DNA from: Dickeya dadantii NCPPB 898
GTDB lineage: Bacteria; Pseudomonadota; Gammaproteobacteria; Enterobacterales; Enterobacteriaceae
Length of the DNA: 32,000 bases
Reading direction: 5' to 3'
NCBI RefSeq assembly: GCF_000406145.1
Contig: NZ_CM001976.1
Location: forward strand, 2,323,543-2,355,542
Shown: in pieces, positions 1-7,217 of the stretch
Numbering within the stretch: the stretch's first letter is position 1
Layout of the letters: each line of letters begins with the position of its first letter
Program-made: the position numbers and the translations under genes
Notes under the pieces: model-generated
Told to the model about the DNA's origin: nothing
Seen by the model: the letters and a program-made list of their open reading frames with translations, nothing else
Database searches by the model: none

Positions 1-404
1 CGGAGTTGTCTTCTTACGCCTATGTGGATAACGCCGCGTTCCGGTTGATGAAGAATAATACTCCCGGCAATTACACCTTCATTCTCAAAGCGACCAAGGA
101 AGTGCCGCGTCGCCTGATGAATGAGAAACGCAAAACCATCGGCATGCGCGTACCGTCCAACCCGATAGCGCTGGAACTGCTGGCGGCGTTGAATGAGCCG
201 CTAATGTCGACCACGCTGATGCTGCCGGGCAATGACTTTGCCGAGTCCGATCCGGAAGAAATTCAGGAGCAGTTGGGCAAGCGGGTGGATTTGGTTATTC
301 ACGGCGGTTTTTTGGGACAACAGCCCACCACGGTGATCGATCTGACCGAGTCCGTGCCGGTGGTGGTGCGTGAAGGCACCGGCGATGTGATGCCCTTCCT
401 GTAA
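1..404 (+). CDS. yciO: YciO (Sua5/YrdC/YciO family) protein, C-terminal part; the 5' end lies outside the window
   Basis: The reading frame is open to the window edge. The C-terminus ...GNDFAESDPEEIQEQLGKRVDLVIHGGFLGQQPTTVIDLTESVPVVVREGTGDVMPFL closely matches the E. coli YciO C-terminus as I recall it. Its position upstream of rluB matches the E. coli neighbourhood. Confidence 0.85.
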   Translation, partial: ELSSYAYVDNAAFRLMKNNTPGNYTFILKATKEVPRRLMNEKRKTIGMRVPSNPIALELLAALNEPLMSTTLMLPGNDFAESDPEEIQEQLGKRVDLVIHGGFLGQQPTTVIDLTESVPVVVREGTGDVMPFL

Positions 405-595
405 CGCCGAAACGCCGGTGATGGCGTTTACCAGGGCGTATTTATCGTTGTCAACATTTGGCATACAAACGGCACGAATCAAGGTATAATCGCGAAATTA
501 TGCGTTAACTCTTTATTTTTTCATGAGTTAACGCGATTTCTGGTCATCATGACATTCCCCCCGACGCCTGTGAAGGCGACATCAGAGGTTGCTCA

Positions 596-1486
596 ATGAG
601 CGAAAAGCTACAGAAAGTGCTGGCGCGTGCAGGGCACGGTTCACGCCGCGAAATTGAAAGTATGATTGAAGCCGGGCGCATTAGCGTCGACGGCAAGATT
701 GCCACGCTGGGGGACCGTGTCGAGGTTACCCGGGCGACCAAAATCCGTATCGACGGGCATGTGGTGTCGGTGCGCGAAACCGAAGAATCCGTGTGCCGTG
801 TGCTGATGTATTACAAGCCGGAAGGGGAACTCTGTACCCGCAGCGACCCGGAAGGGCGACCAACGGTATTTGATCGTCTGCCGCGTATTCAGGGATACCG
901 CTGGGTAGCGGTAGGGCGTCTGGATGTGAATACCTCCGGCCTGTTGCTATTTACGACTGACGGCGAGCTGGCGAATCGCCTGATGCACCCCAGTCGTGAA
1001 GTGGAACGTGAATACGCCGTGCGCGTGTTCGGCGAAGTGGGCGACGACAAAATCCGCCAACTGAGCAAAGGCGTACAACTGGAAGATGGTCCGGCGGCGT
1101 TCCGCTCGATCCGCTATCAGGGGGGCGAAGGGTTGAACCAATGGTACAACGTGACCCTGACCGAAGGCCGCAACCGCGAGGTACGTCGTTTGTGGGAAGC
1201 GGTCGACGTGCAGGTGAGCCGCCTGATTCGTGTGCGCTACGGCGACATTCAACTGCCGAAAGGGCTGCCGCGCGGCGGTTGGATGGAAATGGGACTGACC
1301 GACGTTAACTACCTGCGTGAGCTGGTGCAACTGACGCCGGAAACGGTCAGCAAATTGCCGGTGGAGCGCGAGCGGCGCCGGGTGAAAGCCAATCAGATCC
1401 GCCGTGCGGTGAAACGCCACAGCCAGGTAGGCGTCAGCAACCGCCCGGCTAGCGGTCGCCGTAGCGCGCCAAAACGCAACGGTTAA
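596..1486 (+). CDS. rluB: 23S rRNA pseudouridine(2605) synthase RluB
   Basis: 296 aa. The N-terminus has an S4-like domain ([18 protein letters not shown]). The RsuA/RluB catalytic motif [14 protein letters not shown] is present. The basic C-terminal tail is typical of RluB, and the synteny matches E. coli. Confidence 0.93.
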   Translation: MSEKLQKVLARAGHGSRREIESMIEAGRISVDGKIATLGDRVEVTRATKIRIDGHVVSVRETEESVCRVLMYYKPEGELCTRSDPEGRPTVFDRLPRIQGYRWVAVGRLDVNTSGLLLFTTDGELANRLMHPSREVEREYAVRVFGEVGDDKIRQLSKGVQLEDGPAAFRSIRYQGGEGLNQWYNVTLTEGRNREVRRLWEAVDVQVSRLIRVRYGDIQLPKGLPRGGWMEMGLTDVNYLRELVQLTPETVSKLPVERERRRVKANQIRRAVKRHSQVGVSNRPASGRRSAPKRNG

Positions 1487-1509
1487 GAGCGACTACGTTG
1501 CCGCCTAAT

Positions 1510-1529
1510 GCTGCGCCTGCGGGCGCAGC
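1510..1529. terminator. GC hairpin between convergent rluB and btuR (possible bidirectional terminator)
   Basis: gctgcgcc-tgcg-ggcgcagc forms a perfect 8-bp stem. There is no strong U-tract on either side. Confidence 0.4.
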
Positions 1530-1555
1530 GTCATCCTTCCGTTGTTATTTGCCCC

Positions 1556-2146
1556 TCACCAGTCGATACCTTGCTGGGCCTGAATACCGGCATCAAAAGC
1601 GTGCTTCACCGGCCGCATTTCCGTCACCGTATCCGCCAGTTCCAGCACATCGCGATGGCAGCCTCGGCCGGTAACGATCACGCTCTGGTGCGCCGGGCGC
1701 TGTCGCAGGGCGGCAAGCACTTCGTCCAGCGGCAAATAGTCGTAGCTGAGCATGTAGGTCAATTCGTCAAGCACCACCAAATCAAGCGAGTCATCCGCCA
1801 GCATACGTAAGCCATGCTGCCAGACACGCCTGGCCGCGTCGGTATCGGTCTGGCGATTTTGGGTTTCCCAGGTAAAGCCGGTCGCCATCACCTGAAATTC
1901 CACCCCGTGTTGTTGCAGCAACTGTTTCTCGCCGTTCGGCCATTCGCCTTTGATAAACTGGATCACCCCCGCTTTCAGGCCGTGGCCCACCGCCCGGGTC
2001 ACCGTGCCGAAGGCTGCGGTGGTCTTGCCTTTGCCGTTGCCGGTAAACACGATCAGGGTGCCGCGCACGTCAGTGGCGGCGGCGATGCGGGCGTCTACTT
2101 TTTCCTTCAGCCGTTGCTGGCGTTGCTGATGACGATCGTCGCTCAT
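1556..2146 (-). CDS. btuR: Corrinoid (cob(I)yrinic acid a,c-diamide) adenosyltransferase
   Basis: 196 aa, the same length as E. coli BtuR. The P-loop VFTGNGKGKTTAAFG is present. The start lies 21 nt downstream of the yciK stop on the same strand, matching the yciK-btuR arrangement in E. coli. Confidence 0.93.
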   Translation of the reverse strand: MSDDRHQQRQQRLKEKVDARIAAATDVRGTLIVFTGNGKGKTTAAFGTVTRAVGHGLKAGVIQFIKGEWPNGEKQLLQQHGVEFQVMATGFTWETQNRQTDTDAARRVWQHGLRMLADDSLDLVVLDELTYMLSYDYLPLDEVLAALRQRPAHQSVIVTGRGCHRDVLELADTVTEMRPVKHAFDAGIQAQQGIDW

Positions 2147-2167
2147 GAGTCGGTATCCTTTGTGTAA

Positions 2168-2929
2168 TCACTCGGCCGGGCCGGGCTTGCGGCCGGGTTG
2201 GGCATCGAAACTCATGCCGGTTTTGCGGCGGCTGTCATCTCCCATTAAGTACAGGTAAAGCGGCATGATGTCGGCCGGGGTTTTGAGTTTATCCGGATCT
2301 TCATCGGGGAACGCGGCGGCGCGCATTGGCGTGCGGGTGCCGCCTGGGTTGATGCAATTGACCCGTAAATTGCGGTTACGGTATTCCTCGGCCAGTACCT
2401 GCATCATGCCTTCGGTGGCGAATTTGGATACCGAGTAGGCGCCCCAGTTGGCGCGTCCCTGACGGCCGACGCTAGAACTGGTGAAAATCAGCGACGGGCT
2501 GGTTGATTTCAGCAACAACGGCAACAGCGCCTGCGTCAGCATAAAGGTCGCGTTAACGTTGACCTGCATCACCTGATGCCAGACGGTGGCGGATTGTTCT
2601 TCCATCGGTACGACGTCGCCCAGCAGACCGGCATTATGCAAAACACCATCCAGTCGCGGCAGCGCCTGACCGATCTGCCCGGCGATCTGGATAAAATCAT
2701 GGTGACTGGCGGTCAGCATATCGCAGGGAATCAGGTAACTGTGGACGCCGCATTCCTGCAGTATCTGCTGCTCCACCTCCTGCAACTTGCTTTCGGTGCG
2801 CCCCAGCAACACCAGCTTCGCGCCGTAGCGCGCGTAGGTCAGCGCCGCCTCGCGGCCAATGCCGTCACCGGCGCCGGTGACCAGAATGATACGGTGTTGC
2901 AGCAGGTCGTGCTTGGGTTGGTAATGCAA
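2168..2929 (-). CDS. yciK: YciK short-chain dehydrogenase/reductase
   Basis: 253 aa. It has the Rossmann motif VTGAGDGIG and the catalytic YSVSK (YxxxK) motif. The synteny matches E. coli. Confidence 0.92.
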   Translation of the reverse strand: MHYQPKHDLLQHRIILVTGAGDGIGREAALTYARYGAKLVLLGRTESKLQEVEQQILQECGVHSYLIPCDMLTASHHDFIQIAGQIGQALPRLDGVLHNAGLLGDVVPMEEQSATVWHQVMQVNVNATFMLTQALLPLLLKSTSPSLIFTSSSVGRQGRANWGAYSVSKFATEGMMQVLAEEYRNRNLRVNCINPGGTRTPMRAAAFPDEDPDKLKTPADIMPLYLYLMGDDSRRKTGMSFDAQPGRKPGPAE

Positions 2930-3162
2930 AACGGTGTCCTCTGGCTGTCATCATCCCGAGAGTGATGAGGTGTTTCCGAAAAAAGCCATGATGGGTGTTT
3001 TATGCCTGAAACAATAGGTGTTTTCAATCAGAAGGTCCGGCTTTCTCACAGTTTGTGCGGCAAAAAGCAGCGGAAAGTACAATTTATGTATGAAGATCAT
3101 CGCCATCGCGTCCGTCATACGTTAGGTTAGAAGCTCGGCGCGCCGCGCTGGAACCGTAATGG

Positions 3163-4260
3163 TTGTTGAAGAATCAACGTCATATATCACATTGGTCAAT
3201 GAAGGCGGTATTTGTGGAATTACTTTCTCAGTATGGTTTATTCCTGGCAAAAGTCGTCACCCTTGTCGTCGCCATCGGCGCATTGGTGGTGCTGACAGTC
3301 GGTATGACGCAGCGTAAGCGCCATCGTAAGGGCGAACTGCAGGTGATTAATCTGGGCGAACAATACAGTGAAATGCGGCAAGAGATGCAGTCCGCCGCCA
3401 TGAGCGATACCGCGCGCAGCCTGCTGGAGAAAAAGCAGAAGAAAGAAGAAAAGGAAACCGCCAGGCAGGAGAAAAAACGCGCCAAACGGGGGGAAGATAA
3501 ATCCGCTCGTCCATGTTTGTATGTGCTCGATTTTAACGGCAGCATGGATGCCGGCGAGGTAAGTTCGCTGCGTGAAGAGGTGTCCGCGGTGCTGGCGGTG
3601 GCCCGGCCGGAAGATGAAGTGCTGCTGCGGTTGGAAAGCCCCGGCGGTGTGGTGCATGGCTACGGGCTGGCGGCTTCCCAGCTCCAGCGTTTTCGCCAGC
3701 GCGGTATCCGCCTGACGGTGGCGGTAGATAAGGTGGCGGCCAGCGGCGGCTATATGATGGCGTGTGTGGCGGATCGCATTGTGGCGGCGCCGTTCGCCAT
3801 TGTCGGGTCGATTGGCGTGGTGGCGCAGATCCCCAACTTCAACCGGCTGCTGAAAAGCAAAGATATCGATGTGGAATTACATACAGCCGGTCAGTACAAA
3901 CGTACCCTGACGCTGTTCGGCGAAAATACCGAAGAAGGTCGGGAGAAGTTTCGCGAGGAATTGAATGAAACACATCTGTTGTTCAAACAGTTTGTCAGCG
4001 AGATGCGCCCGTCGCTGGATATTGAGTCGGTTGCCACCGGCGAGCACTGGTTCGGCACGCAGGCCAAAGCGATGGGATTGGTGGATGCTATCGGCACCAG
4101 CGATGATCTGCTGATTGAGGAGATGGAAAACCACGAAGTGCTGGCGGTGCGCTATACCCGCCGTAAACGCCTGCTGGATCGCCTGACCGGCAGCACCGGC
4201 GATGCGCTGGAGCGCCTGATGCTGCGTTGGTGGCAGCGAGGCAATAACCCTCAACTGTGA
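3163..4260 (+). CDS. sohB: SohB, inner-membrane S49 (SppA-like) peptidase
   Basis: It is collinear with E. coli SohB: an N-terminal TM segment, a Lys/Glu-rich linker, and VDKVAASGGYMMACVADRIVAAPFAIVGSIGVV. The tracked ORF start at 3163 is probably too far upstream. The E. coli protein begins at the residues matching V-ELLSQYGLFLAK, so the ATG at 3199 or the GTG at 3214 is the more likely start. Confidence 0.93.
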   Translation: MLKNQRHISHWSMKAVFVELLSQYGLFLAKVVTLVVAIGALVVLTVGMTQRKRHRKGELQVINLGEQYSEMRQEMQSAAMSDTARSLLEKKQKKEEKETARQEKKRAKRGEDKSARPCLYVLDFNGSMDAGEVSSLREEVSAVLAVARPEDEVLLRLESPGGVVHGYGLAASQLQRFRQRGIRLTVAVDKVAASGGYMMACVADRIVAAPFAIVGSIGVVAQIPNFNRLLKSKDIDVELHTAGQYKRTLTLFGENTEEGREKFREELNETHLLFKQFVSEMRPSLDIESVATGEHWFGTQAKAMGLVDAIGTSDDLLIEEMENHEVLAVRYTRRKRLLDRLTGSTGDALERLMLRWWQRGNNPQL

Positions 4261-4292
4261 TTACCTCAACTGTAATTAAGTCAACGTAGTTG
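4249..4292. repeat. Tandem 15-bp direct repeat (about 2.9 copies) spanning the sohB stop codon
   Basis: cctcaactgtGatta (4249-4263), cctcaactgtAatta (4264-4278), and a degenerate third copy agtcaacgtagttg (4279-4292). Confidence 0.7.
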
Positions 4293-4743
4293 CCTGCCTG
4301 TCCGTGCCGTAGCCTGTTGAACAATGCCATCCGCGCACTGTTACCGGCCGGACAGGTGGGTAAACCGGTTCCCGGCGGTTTAATCGCGACTCCTCGTATC
4401 TCCAGACGCTGAATTTTATTGTTGAGCGCCACCGATCTATCCATGACTACCGTTCCGCCAATTCATTATCATTATTAATTATTCTTAGCGGTTTATTTTA
4501 CGCGAATAACTAGCATTTATTTTAAATAACTGATTTTATTTAATATTTTTACATTAACAGGAATTGGATAAATTTTCATCATTGCAATCAGGTGAAATAA
4601 GTATGATTGTTTATGTTTATTTATTGATTCTGATTTTGATTTCTCATAGACAATAGCTACTTAACCGACAATCTACGTGTCAGCAAAGCATTGTCCACAG
4701 GACAGGCGAGCTTTGCTTTCTATGACAGACGTAAGGATATGCG

Positions 4744-5235
4744 ATGAAAATTGATTCTGAAGAATACAACCTGTTGGTCAATCAGCGTTCTCAGGCAGAT
4801 AACGCTACTCGCCGCACGGAAGAGACGTCGGCATTCGCCGCGCTGCTGGCCGCGAATATTAACGCGTCGTCCCCGACCAGTCAGCCGGTCACGGCTTCGT
4901 CTGCGCAGGCCGATACCTATGACTTTACCCGAATGACGCCCACCGCCTTGCATGAATCCGTCAATCGTCTGATTCGCAGCGGTCAACTGGATCTTGATCA
5001 AACGACACCCCTGGTTGGCATGATGGGCTCTACCGAACTGTCTAACGCTGGGGTAATGGGAACCTCCGCTCTGGCTTATTCAGAGCAGCCGATGAATGTG
5101 TTTAATAACTTGCAGCAGAACATGGCCGTTGCGTTGTCGCGTAACGATAGCCAAAGCGCGGATGGTCTGCAGCGTACGATCGATGCGTTACGCCGCTTGC
5201 AAGGGCAGACCATAGCGTCTGACGTTCGCGCGTAA
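4744..5235 (+). CDS. Hypothetical 163-aa soluble protein. No Cys or Trp, rich in Ser/Thr/Gln/Ala/Asn, family not recognised.
   Basis: The SD sequence TAAGGA lies 7 nt upstream of the ATG. A clean rho-independent terminator follows the stop codon. There is no signal peptide or TM segment. The ORF is longer than the overlapping alternative ORFs. Confidence 0.7.
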   Translation: MKIDSEEYNLLVNQRSQADNATRRTEETSAFAALLAANINASSPTSQPVTASSAQADTYDFTRMTPTALHESVNRLIRSGQLDLDQTTPLVGMMGSTELSNAGVMGTSALAYSEQPMNVFNNLQQNMAVALSRNDSQSADGLQRTIDALRRLQGQTIASDVRA

Positions 5236-5297
5236 GCGGGGGGATAAGCGCACCGAGCAATTCCGTCATTAACCATATTATTTTTGCCGTTATTTCT

Positions 5298-5341
5298 ATC
5301 CATAGTCATGCATGACTGCGGGCTATGGATTTTTATTTTTT
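5298..5341 (+). terminator. Rho-independent terminator of the 163-aa gene
   Basis: The outer stem is atccatag / ctatggat, with an inner palindrome tcatgcatga. It is followed by ttttattttttt. Confidence 0.7.
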
Positions 5342-5439
5342 AATTTCTGATAATCGCGTGCTGTATTTATAGTAATGCCAGGCTAGGTTTCTTTTTTGAG
5401 TCGCGGTATGTGGTCAGTGCGGGATGTTTTATTTAGATA

Positions 5440-5461
5440 GAACGGCCCGAATGGACCGTTC
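5440..5461 (-). terminator. Possible terminator hairpin of the 197-aa secreted-protein gene
   Basis: The gaacgg...ccgttc stem lies directly downstream (minus strand) of the stop at 5472. The trailing sequence is A/U-rich but is not a clean U-tract. Confidence 0.3.
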
Positions 5462-5471
5462 AGATGACGAA

Positions 5472-6065
5472 TTATTTAATATAGGTCTGTGTGAACAATG
5501 TATTTCTCGGCGCGTTGGTGGAGGTGTCCTGGAATTTGAACTGGCCGTTATCAGTCCCGTCCAAATTGTAATAGTACATCCAGCCAACAACAGTATATCC
5601 AGCCGGGCAAGGGAAGGTGTACTGATTCCCGACAATACAAATACCGTCAGTTTGATAATTGGCCGAACGGGGCAATATACCGCCATTCATCCAGGCAACG
5701 GGGTTGTTGCCGTAACCAATTTCCTGCACCGCTACTCTGAGCTGGGCGCCGCCGTGGTCACAGGTCGTTGAGAGCTGGCCGACAGACGTCATATATTCCC
5801 AGCCGCAGTTTGATGAACCAACCGCATACACGGTAACCCGAGACAGCGCCGGAGCGGGGGCCCGCAAGGCGCCGGAGGTGGAGGCGCGGGATGTGTCTCT
5901 GGCTGCAGACAGTGGGCTGTTGCTTTCCAGTGAATCAAACGCCGTCAGACCTAATTCGATCGGCGGACCTGCTTCATCGGTATTATTGATGGTTTGCGAA
6001 TAGCCGGCATGGCTAAAAATTGCTGCGAGTGACAATAACAAAGGCAATCCGAATTGCTTTTTCAT
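5472..6065 (-). CDS. Hypothetical secreted protein, 197 aa. It has a Sec signal peptide, a low-complexity linker, and a C-terminal beta-rich domain of about 120 aa with four cysteines.
   Basis: The SD sequence GGAGA lies 6 nt upstream of the ATG. The N-terminus MKKQFGLPLLLSLAAIFSHA|GYSQ is a typical signal peptide with an AxA-like cleavage site. Two Cys pairs are present: SSNCGWEYMTSVGQLSTTCDHGG and DGICIVGNQYTFPCPAGY. Confidence 0.8.
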   Translation of the reverse strand: MKKQFGLPLLLSLAAIFSHAGYSQTINNTDEAGPPIELGLTAFDSLESNSPLSAARDTSRASTSGALRAPAPALSRVTVYAVGSSNCGWEYMTSVGQLSTTCDHGGAQLRVAVQEIGYGNNPVAWMNGGILPRSANYQTDGICIVGNQYTFPCPAGYTVVGWMYYYNLDGTDNGQFKFQDTSTNAPRNTLFTQTYIK

Positions 6066-6116
6066 AACACTCTCCGTAAGTGATTTTTAATTAATGCCTG
6101 TGTGGCATCGGTGGCG

Positions 6117-6145
6117 AGTATAAATAACGACCTTTGGTTTGTAAA
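6117..6145 (-). promoter_or_regulatory. Candidate sigma70 promoter for the secreted-protein gene
   Basis: The minus strand reads TTTACA-N17-TATACT, about 50 nt upstream of the ATG at 6065. Phased A/T tracts lie immediately upstream and could act as an UP element. Confidence 0.4.
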
Positions 6146-6506
6146 TAAATTGAAAAATTTGTTTTTAATTGTTTTGAATTTGTTTTTTGAAATCAGTTCA
6201 TTTAAAGTTATATTTTTTAAAATTAATGGTGATATATTTTTTAAAAAATAATTTTGCTGCTTATTTTAAATAATGCTGTGTCTGTGTTGATGGCGATGTC
6301 CATTCAAACATAATGCGAGCTGCCCGGTATCAACCTCATCTTTGGATGTATATAGAATAAACGCCTGTGTGGGGCAGAGCGCTCAACGAATCAGAATGAT
6401 CGGAGCAGCACAATGACGGAATCACGCGGTGATCCCTGCGGTATACATCGGGGAAAACACCGGGTACTGCCCACATCAGCAGGCAGCGCCCGGCGCGATT
6501 CGGGTG

Positions 6507-6776
6507 TTAATCGATTAACTGATATTTTTCCGACAAAACATGTGCCAGGTGTTTGAACATATTGAACACCGCCGTGGTCTTGTGCGTCGGTAATCCATCA
6601 TCGTCGAGAAAGTACTCGCCACGGAACACCAGCACGCCGTTCTTTTGGTCAACCGCATCGGCCTGCATGCCGTGCAGGTAATCTTCGTGGTTTTTAATCA
6701 GTGCATTGGCTTCCAGCAGCAAGGCTTCACGGCCAATCGGCGTTTTTTCTTCATTTATGTGTGTCAAACCAGACAT
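6507..6776 (-). CDS. yciN: YciN (DUF2498 family) protein
   Basis: The C-terminus [22 protein letters not shown] closely matches E. coli YciN as I recall it. I place the start at the ATG at 6776 (MSGLTHINE...), which has a perfect AGGAGA SD 8 nt upstream. The tracked start at 6794 is a TTG with no SD. Confidence 0.9.
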   Translation of the reverse strand: MSGLTHINEEKTPIGREALLLEANALIKNHEDYLHGMQADAVDQKNGVLVFRGEYFLDDDGLPTHKTTAVFNMFKHLAHVLSEKYQLID

Positions 6777-7217
6777 GGGATTTCTCTCCTGCAAATAACC
6801 CTTGTTTTGCTGACGCTATTGTATCGCCTGAACGGAATTTATCGCAAACTGACTGATTCTTAGTCGCCTGTTTGCCGATAAATACGAGAGTAACGATTGG
6901 CGAAAACGGGTTTTACATGCTAATTAGGTTGCGTGGTGTTATTTATCAGGTAGAGTGTGGGATTTTGCATCGTCAAGCGGAATAATTGCTTTGCGCCGGG
7001 ACGGAACCGGTTACCGCAGAGGGCGGTGCAGTAAACGAATAATCCTGAATGATCATAGGGTTGCTGCGCGGTGAGTGCGTGCGGCGCGCCGTCGACGCAC
7101 CAACAGAACGATTTTCCCGCAACCATGATGGTTCAGGCTACGCCGGCTGGAAAGCCAGAGCGAATAACTGAGAAAATTTCTTCTTTTTTCAAAGAATTCA
7201 GTAGGTAACAATATATT

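Noticed and set aside
4088-4444. 118-aa minus-strand ORF overlapping the sohB 3' end and extending into the sohB-distal spacer
   Set aside because: It overlaps sohB by about 170 nt. It has no SD, and the peptide looks like nonsense sequence (Arg/Gly/Ala/Pro-rich).
4640-4743. Search for an HrpL-type hrp box (GGAACC-N15/16-CCACNNA) upstream of the 163-aa gene
   Set aside because: A CCAC is present at 4695-4698, but there is no GGAAC-like element at the required spacing. This gives no sequence support for HrpL control. I also could not identify a convincing sigma70 promoter here.
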